DNA of 64,000 nucleotides, from the NCBI RefSeq assembly GCF_000315625.1, contig NW_005434528.1, positions 40,843 through 104,842 on the forward strand, written 5' to 3'. The translations under genes and the position numbers were made by a program. Positions within the stretch are counted from its first letter, which is position 1; every line of letters starts with the position of its first letter. Source of the stretch: Guillardia theta CCMP2712. Lineage: Eukaryota > Protista > Cryptophyta. The notes beneath the pieces were generated by a model. That model had not been told where the DNA came from. It was given only the letters and a program-made list of their open reading frames with translations, and did not search any database. Below, piece after piece: positions 1-12,344 of this stretch.

Positions 1-67
1 CCTGCGCTACCAGAGAGGAAAAGGAGGGGGAGGGGGAGGATGAAGTAGATGATGATGATGATGATGA

Positions 68-126
<59 letters not shown>

Positions 127-3100
127 GGAAAAGGAGGAGGAGGAGGAGGAGGAGGAGGAGGAGGAGGAGGAGGAAGGTGTTGTTGTTGTTGATGATGATG
201 ATGATGACGAGTAGGAGGAGGAAGAGGAGTTTACAAGTTCTGGTGTGTCGCCAGTGAAAGGAGGTAGTCCGGTAAGAAACTCAAAGAGGATGATCCCGAG
301 GGCCCACCAGTCAACCCCGAAGCTGCCAAGAGAGTGAGATGCAGGTGGAGAGAGGGCGAGGGACGAGGGTCAGCTGAGGAGGAAACGGAAAGTGGTGCAG
401 TTGTGTGAGGAGGTAGGAGGTAGGAGGTAGGAGGGTAGAGGCGGTATAGAGAGTAGGAGTAGGATGAAGGAGGAGGCAGGAAGTGGAGGGACAAGGAAGG
501 AAGGAACGAGCAGGAAGGCAGGAAGGAGCATGGAGGCAGTGGGAGGCAGGAGCAGCGCGGAGGGTGTAGGAGGAGGAGACCTGTGCTCTTGCCCCAGGAG
601 GATCTCAGGAGAGAGGTACTCGGGGGTTCCGACGATATCCTCCCTTCTCCTGATGCCCAGCTTGTTCTGGTTCCGCGGCGTCTTGGAGGTGCTCGCATGC
701 CCCAAGTTGGATATGTGGAGGGGAGGAGCCTGGTGGGACGGCGACTTGAACTCGTCGATACAATCCATTCTTATGCTCGCCCCGCCTTCTCCCCACCTGC
801 CAGTAAGGTCAGACCCCAGCACAGCTTCTTCGCTCTTTGCTCTCACTTCTCCGAGATGTCGAAGTTCCCAGCGTCTTGCCGCCTCCTCAGCAGCGAGGAG
901 TGCTCGATGACTGGCGGCTCTCGCGTCCCCTCCGACAGAGTCCGCGGCCGCCGCTCCAGCTCGGGCAACCTGGTCAGCTCCTGGTGAACTGCGCTCCTGT
1001 GCTCGAAAGTCGGCTCTAGCACGTTGAGCCCCCCATCCTGCTGCTCCCCGAGGTCGATCCCGATCTCCTCCTCCTCCTCCTCCTCCTCCCCCAGCGATCC
1101 TACTCGCTCGTCCATCTTCTCGAAGGGGCGCAGCGGCCTCCCCCTCCCGAACTCGGGCCTCGGCTCCAGGTGACCTCCAGGTCTCCTCGGCGACATCCCC
1201 TGCTCGTTCAGCGCGTCCTCCAGGTTGATCGCGCAGTTCTCGCTCAGCGTGTGCAGACTGTCATCCCGCCCCGGAGACTCCTCAAGGATATCTCTGCGCA
1301 GAGGCGAGTTGTGCCGCTGCCAGTCGGCCATGTCCCGATGCCGCACAGGGGACCGGTGCCTCGGCGACCGCAGGCGTGCTGGGGTCATGCCGGCCGGGGT
1401 GGTGGGGGTGGCGAGGACCGAGAGCTCGCTCTTGTCCATGAGGCCCATGTCCGAGAGGCCGAAGTCAGTGAGCTTGAGGTGGCCGTCGGAGTTGATGAGG
1501 ATGTTGTCCGGCTTCAGGTCTCTGTGGATGATGCGCTTGTTGTGAAGGTACTCCAGCGCCAGCACCATCTCGGCCATGTACTGCCTTGCCCACTCCTCGC
1601 TCAGGCTCCCTATGCCCTGAAGGAGGGTGTAGCAGTCCCCCCCTTGCACGTACTCCATCACCAGGTAAAGATTCTCCCGCGTCTGGAACGAGCAGATCAG
1701 TTTGACTACGAACGGGCAGTCGACGGCCGCCATGATCGTCTTCTCAGCTTTGACGTACTTGAACTGGTTCTTCCTCCTCACATCCGCTTTCTTCAGCACC
1801 TTCACCGCGTATAGCTGACCGTCCAGCTTGTGCCGGCAAAGGTAGACGACCCCAAATGCTCCCTTGGAGATGGGCTTCACGGTCTCGAAGTCCGAGATCC
1901 CCAGCTCGTGGCAAACAGCCGCCCCCTGCTCCCCCCTCATGGCATCGACCGAGTGCCCATCGATGGACCCGTTCTTGATCAGCTTGTGCGCTCCCGGCTG
2001 CTTCGACGCGCTCTGCTGTCGGCTGATCCTCGCCCGGTCAGCGAGCGACTGGGGCTGCGACACCTCCGAATCCGTCGCTCCTTCCCCGTGCCTTCCGACC
2101 TCCGTGTCAGGCGTTTCCTCCCCAGCTGAGGGAGTTCGAACCGCCTCCTCTGCTCCGAGCGGCTTCTGCTCCCGCAAACTCTTGGCCCTGCTGAGCTGCT
2201 CGGCGACCTCCTCGCAGAACTCCGAGTAACCCTCCGTCTTGTCAAGTTTTGACACCTTGGGCTTGTCCAGCGTGCCGGTCACAGGCGAGGCCCTGCTGGA
2301 GGGAGGCTCCGAGTCCCTCTCATGAGATAGAGAAGGAGAGGAGCGGCGGGGGCTGAGGTGAGGCGAACAGCTTGTTGACGCGCTGCGGCTCGAGTACCCC
2401 TGGGAGCCGTCCATCCCCGTGAAAAGATCGTACTGACGAGTTTGCCTGCGCTTCAGCAGCGGGTTCCTCCCGCTGCTGAACGATCGCGACCGCGGCATAC
2501 GAGCTGGCAAGCTGCCCAAGTCTGGCCCAGAGCCACCGATGGAGTCCTTACTACTCTCCTCGTGGACTGAAGCTTCGGACGAGAGGCTCGAGATCGCGTT
2601 GAGGTTGGGGAGGTTGGCCGACCCGAGGGGAGGGAGGGCAGGAGAGCCGGGGGCAGTCGCCACCTCCAGCCGCTGCCACTGTGCTATGCTCTCTTGCAGG
2701 AACTCTCTGTTGCGGTGGAGGCAGAGCTTGTCCCTCACCACCACCAGCAGCAGCTCCAGCTGCGACCTCACCTGCTGGCTGAGCGGAGCGGTCGAGCGGA
2801 TCTCCGAGAAGGTCTCCAGGCTCTCGAGGAAGTACTCCATCACCTTGGACGAGTCGGCGTCCAAGGCATTTTGCGCGAGATCTTGTAGCACGTCGATGGC
2901 AACGACCTCCTGCTGCTCTGCTGACGTCACCACAACTTCCTTGGCCTCCGTTGTATGATCGTACAGGCCGTGCCACTCGTTCCGTGCAGCCTCCAAGGAG
3001 TTCCTCCTAGACTGGCTGTCCGAATCCTCCAGCTCCTGCACTGACCGTCTCGAGCTCCTCTCCTTGGTATCTCCGCAGGGGCTGCCCAAGTTGATCTCGC

Positions 3101-5685
3101 TGCTCCTGTTGCTCCTGATGCTCCCTGTCGAAGGCAGGCGACCAGCCATCTCCGAGGCATACCGCCGCTCGGGGCTGACGTACGCCCTCCCCTCGCGCGA
3201 CAAGTCCACGAAACTCTTGCGATTCGATTCCAAGATCACGGGGGGAGAGAGAAGCATGTTGGCGCCGCTTGACCTTCTCCTCTGGTGGTCGAGCGGGTAG
3301 CTCCTCCTGCTATCGCTGGAAGACGTGCTCTCGTTGTCGTTCTCCTGGATCGCTGAGTGCCTGTCGAGCATGTCATTAGTGTTGCCTGGCGACCTCTTGT
3401 GGTCCAACCGGAAGTCGTGGGGCCTCGTCAGCTCGAGGGAGGGTCTTGGGCTGCTGAACCTTCCTCCTTCGCTAGTTCGAGGGCTGTAGAGGGGACGAGG
3501 GTCAGGGCTCTTGGCTCCCCCCAGGCGCATCAGGGCAGGCGAGTCCAAGGCGAACTGATAGACGGAGCGAGGCTTGGTGTTCTTGACTTCGTCAGGCAAG
3601 GAGCTCCGTCGCGACTCCTCCGACCGCCCGAAGTGTTCGTGCGACGACCTCGAGTTCTCAGCTGAGCTCCTCGTCCGTTCTAGCGTGCTGCTCTCGTCAG
3701 GCTGGGAGGGAGAGACCAGAGAACGACGTGTTCGAACTTTGCTCGGGGAGGAGCCTCGAGAGCATGGGCTCAGTCCCCTCGACGCACAGTGAGGAGACAT
3801 CGACCGTCCGTCCCTCGCATTCTTCATGGAGGAGGATCGGCGGATGTGCGCGAGGGCTGAGGCGTGCATCGGGGGCGAGCCGTAGGTTGAGAGGGACTTC
3901 TCAGAGAAGGAGGCAGCCATGTGCAGGCCTTGAATGGCCTGCTTCGTTGTCTTGCTCCCCTCCAGCTGTGGCTCGTCATCTCGAAGGCCCCCCAGAGTCA
4001 CTATGATCTCCTGCAGCCTGCTGTTGCACTTCTCTAGCTTCGCCTCGTCGGACGAGTGGTCGGACGAGTAGTGCTGATCGCTCGGAGTTTGAGCATCCCA
4101 GTCATGGGAGGCCTCGTCCAGTGCCTTGAAAGCATGACCCCGAGGAGGTAGAAGCCCGTCAGAGTCAGAGTCCGTCCCAAAGCTGAGATTGATGCCTGGG
4201 ATGGGCCCCTACAGGACAAACAGGGGTTAGTCGCATGCAGCTGCACAAACGTCTGAGAGCCGAGAGGTGTTCACCGGAGCTCGCATGGGATGGAGTTCCG
4301 TGCTGCCGCTCTCCATGCTCCTCGAAGGTGTCCTTCGAGATGTCAGTCAGAAAACAATCAAAGAGATTGAGTTTGCGCTCACTTTTTCCCTGGAGATCCC
4401 TTCTGGCTGATCTTCTTCAACTTTGCTTCGATCTCATTACCCAAAGGCTGGCAAGAAGAATCAAAAGAGTAAAGGAGTCCAAGAAGGATGGATAAGGGCC
4501 TTCAAGTTGACGGGTATGAAGGACATCAGAGGGAAAGGGAAAGAAGGAAGGGATAGCAAAGGAACAAAGATCGAAAATATACAGTACGAAGCAAGAGGTG
4601 GACAAGGACGAGGACAAGGAGGAGGAGAGTGGGAACGAAGAGAAGCCGGAGGCGAGCAAGGAGGACATTGAGAAGGAGGAGAATTGTACCTGAATGCAAT
4701 ACGAGAGGCGAGAACACCTTGATACAATAAAGAGCAGTTTCATGTACATGTTGGGCAAGGGCCAATCGTCTCCCCACAACTAGATAGCGCAGATTAACTC
4801 TTTCATGGGAAAAAAGCACATCAGCACCTGCAACTTTTCCGACAGATCGCTCGCAAGCTTCCGACATTTCCGCATGCAGTCCATGACACCGTAGGACGGA
4901 CAGTTGGAAAGGTCAAGGAACGACTGGGCTAGACCCATTAGATCTGCATGAGTTCCGTATCGTAACTGGTCGATGGACTGCATGTTCATGTCACAATCAA
5001 GGAGAACGAGGGGACGAAGAGAAGTCACCTCTCGCTCTAACTCGAACTCATACATGAGAGCCAAGATGTCTTCATCCACCATCTCCTTCACCTCTAGAAA
5101 CCTACCACGATGCACGTGTTGTGAGCCTTCGCGCCGACGGTGCAGAGTGGAGCAAGACAGAAGAGACACGCACCTGTCTTCTATCTCCCATACAGCAGCT
5201 TCAAGATTCTCAAGGTCTGAGAGACTGTGGCATCTCCTAGTCTCCTCGAGTACATGCCTTGCACCGTGGACGTCCTTCCAAGGCAAATCTTCCGCGTCCT
5301 CCCCACCTTCGCCTTCCCTCTCCTCATCCATCGTCGACTCCTCCGCTTCTTCCCTAGTGAGGGAGTTCATCACCCCGAAACTTATGCTCTTCTTGCTTCC
5401 CTGCGGCTTCTCGAAGAATTCGCTCACGCTCTTTGACCCCAGAGGAGGAGGAGCCTCGTCCTCCATGGGAAGGGACGGAGCAACAGCGACGCCTCGGCTG
5501 TAAGCACTGCAGTGCAGATCGCAGCCAAGCTGTCGACGGGCTAAGATATGACTGCACACCAAGAGCGGTTCAGCATCCCATAAGGTCTCCCGCGCACAGC
5601 AAACTTCAATCATTGCCTCTTGATCAGACTGATACATGTTCTTCACGAGCCACGGCCTAAGTCTAGAACGCATCCTCTCTTCCAT
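1..5685 (-). CDS. Multi-exon AGC Ser/Thr kinase of the Greatwall/MAST/IRE/Rim15 type; 3' end runs off the window, 5' end uncertain
   Basis: ORF 843-4001 has [28 protein letters not shown] and DFGLS, then a long insert. Spliced downstream exons give [15 protein letters not shown] (581-796) and [20 protein letters not shown] (235-322). GT-AG introns at 797-846, 323-580 and from 234 downward. Upstream coding exons in 4780-5685. Confidence 0.9.
49..207. repeat. (GAT)n/(GAG)n microsatellites inside a kinase intron
   Basis: Visible trinucleotide runs downstream of the donor site at 234 (minus strand). Confidence 0.95.
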
Positions 5686-7060
5686 CGTTCAACAGCACAG
5701 TGCTCTTCGAGGATCGATTCTCCCTCAACAACCATCAACAAGCACATACAGCACAGCTCCTATCAATGTATCTGCCCCAACAAATCACAATATGCGACCT
5801 TACAGTCACATGAGCATAGCGCAACGAACAATAAGACCACAACCAGATCTGCCTGAGCCTCATAAAATTAGCAACGACAACAGCAGGCGCCTCCCGGACA
5901 CATCACAGAGCAAACAACTGTTTGACGGCAGCAATGCCAATCAACGCATCTCATTCGGCCAGGCATCCGTACAGGCCTCGGCACAAAGAGAACATAAAGA
6001 ACAAGTGATGTAACAGCTCCACGTACAGCATTTATCTCTCTAGTCTTTCCTTTCTCCACATCCCTCCCTCCCTCCTTTCCTGTTCAACAATTCCTGCAAT
6101 GCCATGTTTCCCTATCCCTGCTGACCCTTTCCGGTCCTGCCCTGTCCCTGCCTGCCCTGACAATGGCTCTTCCTTCCTTGCCCTAGCATGTTTGTATGTT
6201 CTCTCCTCCTGTTCCTCGCTCCTCCCCTCCCCCTCCTCCATCTTCCAACGCCCGCGGCGCTTCTTCGCTGAAGCAGCGATTTCACCCCCATTTCTCCGCC
6301 GCGACTTTTAAAAAATAACTCATTGTAAAAAGTGTACCAATATCCAGCAAATAAAGATTTAAATTCTACTGTTACCTATGATATTAATCTAAAATTTAAT
6401 GTATGGGGTGACTTCTTCTCCGCAAAGACGGTAAATAAATATATATATCATAAGGTCTCGTAGTGCGAGATCTCCAGTAGCTTTGAGTATCCAATTTTAA
6501 CCCTTTGATACAAGCAATTGGCCTGTGTATCATTTATTTATATAATATATATATCACAATACAAATTTAATATATACAATTTTATCATAAGTACCAGAGG
6601 AGGTACACAATTGTGTGCTAATAATGATTGCAACAAGTCGGCAGGCTAGCAGTTTTCGATACTACCGTAGTGATCAGTGAAGCGGCCGCCGCGCCCCGGG
6701 CCGCCGCGACCGGAACTTTTCTCGAGTCCCGGCGCCGGCCAGTGGCGCCGGCCCCTCAGTGCCAAGTTTCACACTCAGTGTCACAGGCTGCGCCATGCTG
6801 AGCACCGTGTCACGGCTGCGCCGCCGCATCCCGGGCCGGGGGCCCGGCCCCGGTGATGGCCCCCCGCATGTCCGGGGCGGGGCGGGGCCGCCCGGCCACC
6901 GCTGCGGCGGCAGTGCAAGTTGGGCCGCCCGGCGGCGGCGACCGTACCGTGTACACGGTCAGACGCCGCGGCCGCCGCGGCGGCCACAGTACCGGCGTAG
7001 ACCCCGGGTGACGGCGTATGGCGGGGGCCCATACTCCCGTCCGAGTGCACGCCCGGAGCC

Positions 7061-8395
7061 TCAAGACTTGTCTCGGTCATGAGAGAACATGAACTGGACG
7101 GGCCCGTGCTGGGTTTCCCTCCCCCTGTCAAGATGACCGTTGGTTACTAAGAGATCATGGCCGTCAAGGTCAGCAGAAGCACCATTTCTCGCGCGTGAAG
7201 ATGTTGGTGAGGATCGCTTGATCGTGCCGATGGTCCCGATACCCTGATCAGCAAGTCTGTCTCTGCAGGTGCAAGCAAGCAGCTTCACCTGGAAGGTTGG
7301 GTTCACCCTTGACGTTTTCATCATCCGACAGACTCTGAAGGTCTTGACACTCCCTGACACTCCCGTCAGTCACCTTGACGGTCGACGCGTTCCATCAAGT
7401 GAGGAGGGGGTTTGATTTCTCACCTCAGCCATTGTTGCACGACCTCGAGCGCATGTTGGCTCTTCCGCCACACGCTCAGGTAGCCGTCTACCTGCATGGC
7501 CTCGTGGCATTCCTTGGCGACGAGTCAAGATCGACCGAGGTTGTCGGACTTGCTCACCGAGGTATCGCAGTTCTGAATGATGAAAGTGTCTCGTTTGCAG
7601 AACATAGACTGTGGATATCCAACTCCAAATGTCAAGACGCCCTGGGAGATGCGATCAGTCGCTGAAGTCGATGACTTTTCATCCCAGCACCTGTAGTTTG
7701 CTGTCTTGAACCTCCATGAAAGCAAGCATGGGATCGATCGGCGATTTGATGACGGCGCCGGCGTCGACGTACACAAGGTACTCCCCCTCGTTGAGATCCT
7801 CGTGCAGAGTCTTGTTGATGATATACGGCTTCCAGAGCCATAGCCCAGCTCCTCTGCCAACATTGAAGATCTCTTGGTTTCTTCGCTGGAAGCTCTGGTC
7901 GATGTCACTCTGCGAAAACGCTTTGCAGGCATCAAACTTCCCTTCTCTCTTTGCGTGCCTGCAAGCTCGATGCTTGGCGCTCACGCAACAGTTCTGCCCA
8001 TACGTGATGTACATGCGCTTGGTGGCAGATATTCTCAGCTTCAAGTCAAGGCTGGCGTTGTTGATCACAGCTTTCGATGGTGGCCAAAGGCTGTCAGGCA
8101 CGGCAAATCGAGCGTGCAACTCAGCCTGATCAACGCGAGGCCTAGCTGTACCTACCTGATTCCTGCCCGCTACTGTTGTCGGAGTTTGCTTGCGCTCAGT
8201 TTCATTCGCACCATGTAGCTTGAGGAGCGCCTGATCTTGCGCTTGAGCATGGATCAGCCACTCTTGCGTGTTATGGTGAAGTAGTCGAGTCTGAGAGCGG
8301 TAGATCCTCAACTCGAAGACGGCGATGGTAACAATCATTGTAACAATGACGACGACGGCGGCTGCAAGGAAGAACAGCCTTGTATAACGAGACAT
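7061..8395 (-). CDS. Type II membrane glycosyltransferase-like protein (GT-A/DUF1647-like WKP...HRHDQ family), multi-exon
   Basis: N-terminal TM segment (LFFLAAAVVVIVTMIVTIAVF). Motifs RGAGLWLWKPYII and YVDAG; after a 49-nt intron (7642-7690) FCKRDTF; downstream exons encode QWL and HRHDQAILT. Confidence 0.75.
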
Positions 8396-8398
8396 GGT

Positions 8399-8585
8399 CT
8401 CTCCAGCTCCCTCCCTACCCCCTCCTGCAGCCGATCTCTCCAGCTCCCTCCCTACCCCCTCCTGCAGCCGATCTCTCCAGCTCCCTCCCTACCCCCTCCT
8501 GCAGCCGATCTCTCCAGCTCCCTCCCTACCCCCTCCTGCAGCCGATCTCTCCAGCTCCCTCCCTACCCCCTCCTGCAGCCGATCC
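8399..8585. repeat. 37-bp minisatellite, 5 copies (CTCCAGCTCCCTCCCTACCCCCTCCTGCAGCCGATCT), abutting the ATG at 8395
   Basis: Direct tandem copies at 8401, 8438, 8475, 8512 and 8549. Confidence 0.95.
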
Positions 8586-8726
8586 CTGTGTATCGCACCT
8601 TGCAAGGTCACCATCACGATGTCAACTCCCTCCCTCCCTCATCTCGCCCTCTCCCTCGCTCGTCTCCCTCCTCCTGGTCAATTTTGTTACTCGGAAGCGC
8701 CGCCGGCCAGCAGCTTATCCGCATGT

Positions 8727-8764
8727 TTACTCAAAGTTAAGTTAAAAATCAGTACGAGGACAAT
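8727..8764 (-). mobile_element. Short terminal fragment of a dispersed retroposon-like repeat
   Basis: TTACTCAAAGTTAAGTTAAAAATCAGTACGAGGA recurs at ~11823 and, reverse-complemented, at 40765-40802. Confidence 0.65.
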
Positions 8765-8793
8765 CTGACACTCAGGCTGGGCCATTTGTTCTT

Positions 8794-9884
8794 GAGACAT
8801 TATCTTTATTTGTCAGTCTTGATGATATCAGAGACATTATCTTTATTTGTCAGTCTTGATGATATCAGAGACATTATCTTTCTTTGTCAGTCTTGATGAT
8901 ATCAGAGACATTATCTTTATTTGTCAGTCTTGATGATATCAGAGACATTATCTTTATTTGTCAGTCTTGATGATATCAGAGACATTATCTTTATTTGTCA
9001 GTCTTGATGATATCAGAGACATTATCTTTATTTGTCAGTCTTGATGATATCAGAGACATTATCTTTATTTGTCAGTCTTGATGATATCAGAGACATTATC
9101 TTTATTTGTCAGTCTTGATGATATCAGAGACATTATCTTTCTTTGTCAGTCTTGATGATATCAGAGACATTATCTTTATTTGTCAGTCTTGATGATATCA
9201 GAGACATTATCTTTATTTGTCAGTCTTGATGATATCAGAGACATTATCTTTATTTGTCAGTCTTGATGATATCAGAGACATTATCTTTATTTGTCAGTCT
9301 TGATGATATCAGAGACATTATCTTTATTTGTCAGTCTTGATGATATCAGAGACATTATCTTTATTTGTCAGTCTTGATGATATCAGAGACATTATCTTTA
9401 TTTGTCAGTCTTGATGATATCAGAGACATTATCTTTCTTTGTCAGTCTTGATGATATCAGAGACATTATCTTTATTTGTCAGTCTTGATGATATCAGAGA
9501 CATTATCTTTATTTGTCAGTCTTGATGATATCAGAGACATTATCTTTCTTTGTCAGTCTTGATGATATCAGAGACATTATCTTTCTTTGTCAGTCTTGAT
9601 GATATCAGAGACATTATCTTTATTTGTCAGTCTTGATGATATCAGAGACATTATCTTTATTTGTCAGTCTTGATGATATCAGAGACATTATCTTTCTTTG
9701 TCAGTCTTGATGATATCAGAGACATTATCTTTATTTGTCAGTCTTGATGATATCAGAGACATTATCTTTCTTTGTCAGTCTTGATGATATCAGAGACATT
9801 ATCTTTATTTGTCAGTCTTGATGATATCAGAGACATTATCTTTATTTGTCAGTCTTGATGATATCAGAGACATTATCTTTCTTT
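8794..9884. repeat. 37-bp minisatellite, 29 full copies plus a partial (GAGACATTATCTTT[A/C]TTTGTCAGTCTTGATGATATCA)
   Basis: Units counted by eye; only one variable position (22 A-type and 7 C-type full units); no spacers. Confidence 0.97.
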
Positions 9885-11256
9885 ATTTCTTCTGCTTTCT
9901 CCCTCGTTTTCCTCCTTCAGCCTCGGGCGGAGGCGTCTCGATCACTCCCGTCGCCTTGTCACAACCTGCTGGGTTTCCCGGGTCGATTCTCAAGCAGATC
10001 TCTCGGTAGATTTGCATGTCCAGACGATTTCTACTTTTGATCAGCTCTCGGATCTCATCGCTTACCGCCGTTGTCTTTTGCGTGCTTTTGTTGTTCCTAA
10101 CTTTCCCTTGCTGTCCCTCATACCCGAACTCCCGTGCAAACGCCTGGTTGGAGGCCTTCGGCCTATCCAGCAGAGCTATGAAGGAGAACAGTCCGCTGGC
10201 AACATCGATCCTTGACAGCGCTTGCTTGGCTGCAGAGGTACTGTTGTTCATGCCCTCGAACGAGCCGTAATGCTCTTTTACCCATGAGATGACATGTACT
10301 GCGTTGGTCATTACACACTCATCATGAACATACTTTCCATCATGCAGCAAGAAGAAAGCAAGCCGGTTGTGCGCCACGTTGTTCTCTTCAAGCACCCACT
10401 CCTTCAAACTCGAGCTCTTCTGCTTCATGGCTGCTGTCCAGATGTTACTCTTGTCCTGTAACCACCAGCGATACTCGGAGATCACGCGTTCCACGGGATG
10501 ACGAAAGGTCGTCAAGAACCTGATGTCATGGGAAGGGAAGAGCTTCGAAGACAAGCAAATGTGCATCTCCATGAGCGTACAGTGTGTCCCTCCGTACCAG
10601 GGGTAGTGATCGCACCCGGGGCTGTTCCAGTCATGCGGGGGTCCCTTGCCATTCACAACAGGATAGATCCTACGGCCATGGTTGGCAAGCGCGATCATGA
10701 AGCTGTTGTATGCTGACGTCCCTCCGGTCCTCGGAACATGCATCCAAGCGTACACTGTTTCTCTTCTTGACACATTGTGAGATGGCGGCGCTTGCGAGAG
10801 TTCCTTTGTTTGAGTATGATTCTGTGCTTGCGTAAGATTTGGGGCTATGGTAAGATTGCTTGTCTGCATGAGATCTTGGGCTCTGTTATGACCGTTGTCT
10901 TTGGTGAGATTCTGTGCTGGCGTAAGATCTTGTGCTTCAGCAAGCTCCTTAGCCCTAGTAAAGTTGTTTGCTTGCGTACGATATTGAGCTCTATCATGAC
11001 CATTGTCTTTGGTGAGATTCTGCGCTTTTGGGAGGTCTCGAGATTCAGTAAGATATTGGGCTGTAGAAAAGTTCTGTGCTCTAGCGAGGTCTTGTGCTCT
11101 GATGAGATCTTCAGCTCTTGGCACCTTCAGCTCTCGGAGCCTTGATCGAGACGCTGAACGCCCATGCCCCCGATGTCGGACTGCGTGAGGAATGGAAATC
11201 AGCGAGTAAAGCGTCAGGCTGCACAGGATCCAGAAGGCAAGTCTGCTGGATGGCAT
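9883..11256 (-). CDS. Golgi-type carbohydrate sulfotransferase (Sulfotransfer_2-like), single ORF
   Basis: N-terminal TM anchor; repetitive stem; PAPS-binding motifs WMHVPRTGGTS (5'-PSB) and FRHPVERVISEY (3'-PB); C-terminal NRLDMQIY. Confidence 0.88.
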   Translation of the reverse strand: MPSSRLAFWILCSLTLYSLISIPHAVRHRGHGRSASRSRLRELKVPRAEDLIRAQDLARAQNFSTAQYLTESRDLPKAQNLTKDNGHDRAQYRTQANNFTRAKELAEAQDLTPAQNLTKDNGHNRAQDLMQTSNLTIAPNLTQAQNHTQTKELSQAPPSHNVSRRETVYAWMHVPRTGGTSAYNSFMIALANHGRRIYPVVNGKGPPHDWNSPGCDHYPWYGGTHCTLMEMHICLSSKLFPSHDIRFLTTFRHPVERVISEYRWWLQDKSNIWTAAMKQKSSSLKEWVLEENNVAHNRLAFFLLHDGKYVHDECVMTNAVHVISWVKEHYGSFEGMNNSTSAAKQALSRIDVASGLFSFIALLDRPKASNQAFAREFGYEGQQGKVRNNKSTQKTTAVSDEIRELIKSRNRLDMQIYREICLRIDPGNPAGCDKATGVIETPPPEAEGGKRGRKQKK

Positions 11257-11822
11257 GCAGGGCCTGTTGGGGGGTCACGCCGCGTCTGCTGAGCGGCAGG
11301 GCTGACCTCATGGGCATGCAGATGCGCCATGAGCTGACCGACCTGCCTGTCTCTGCATCCCTCTCGCAACAGGGGCAACCACGCCGTGCCTATTCTAGTG
11401 TTCCCCCCCTTTCACCAGGCTTTCATTATCCACCCCACCCCTATTTTCATCACGAGCCTCTTAACCGACCAGGGCGGTCCCCCTCGTGCATTTTTCTTGC
11501 TCATCCAGTCCCATAGCCACACTGCCGGGCCCGGGGGCCGCCGCACGCCGCAAGGCTCAGTACAAGCGGCGAAGTTGCGAGCCTGAGTTTACCGTACTGT
11601 TACTGAACCTCATGGAGCCCGGCCGGGCCCTGGTGGGGGCCGCCGGCCGGGCAGTGCGCCGCCGGCAGTGCGGCAGCGGCGCAGTGCCCGGCGCACGGGC
11701 CCGCCGGGCCGGGGCGCCCGGCCGGCCCGGGCCGGGCCGGGTCCAGGCCGTGGGGTCAGACCGCCGCAAGTTTCGACAGAACAAAGATAGTCACTGTCAC
11801 TGAGTCGGACTCGGTTGTCTCT

Positions 11823-11866
11823 TTACTCAAAGTTGAAGTTAAAGATCAGTACGAGGATCGGACATC
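11823..11866 (-). mobile_element. Terminal fragment of the same dispersed repeat
   Basis: TTACTCAAAGTTGAAGTTAAAGATCAGTACGAGGATCGGACATCA shares sequence with both the 8727 and 14903 copies. Confidence 0.6.
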
Positions 11867-12344
11867 ATGATGACCCTAACGCTCTGTCCGATCGCCGCGG
11901 CACACTGTGGCGACAGCCCGGCCTGGGCCAAACGGCGCGGCGCGGCGAGGAGAGAAAAGACAGCGAGAACCAAACCCAAGTTCACTTAACTGTAGTAGTT
12001 GCTGCGTCAGTGCAGGACAATTCCCGGGCCAGCGGCTATGCCACTGAGTGCGGCGATGAGTCGCTGTGGCCGCCACCGAAGGAATGAGACGCATACCTAC
12101 CGGAATGCGCGGCCCCGCGATGATCATTCATGGCAGCGAAGGACAGGGAGGCCTTGAGTGAAAGAAAGATACTGGACTCCAGTGCGTTTGCAACTGGCAA
12201 GTCGGACGGTCGGCGGATCACCTGAGATCGGACCGTGTCGGACACCGATAGTCTTGCGGCGCCGCGAGGGCGCGAGAGGCCATCCAGCGCTGCCGTTTCG
12301 TTGTTCGCCGAGCACTGCGGCAATAGTCGGAGTATTGCGGTCAG

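Noticed and set aside
69-257. Poly-Met/poly-Arg ORF
   Set aside because: Translation of an intronic microsatellite on the non-coding strand.
8794-9884. CRISPR array (37-bp repeats; also the 36- and 39-bp arrays)
   Set aside because: Units are head-to-tail with no unique spacers, there are no cas genes, and the context is eukaryotic.
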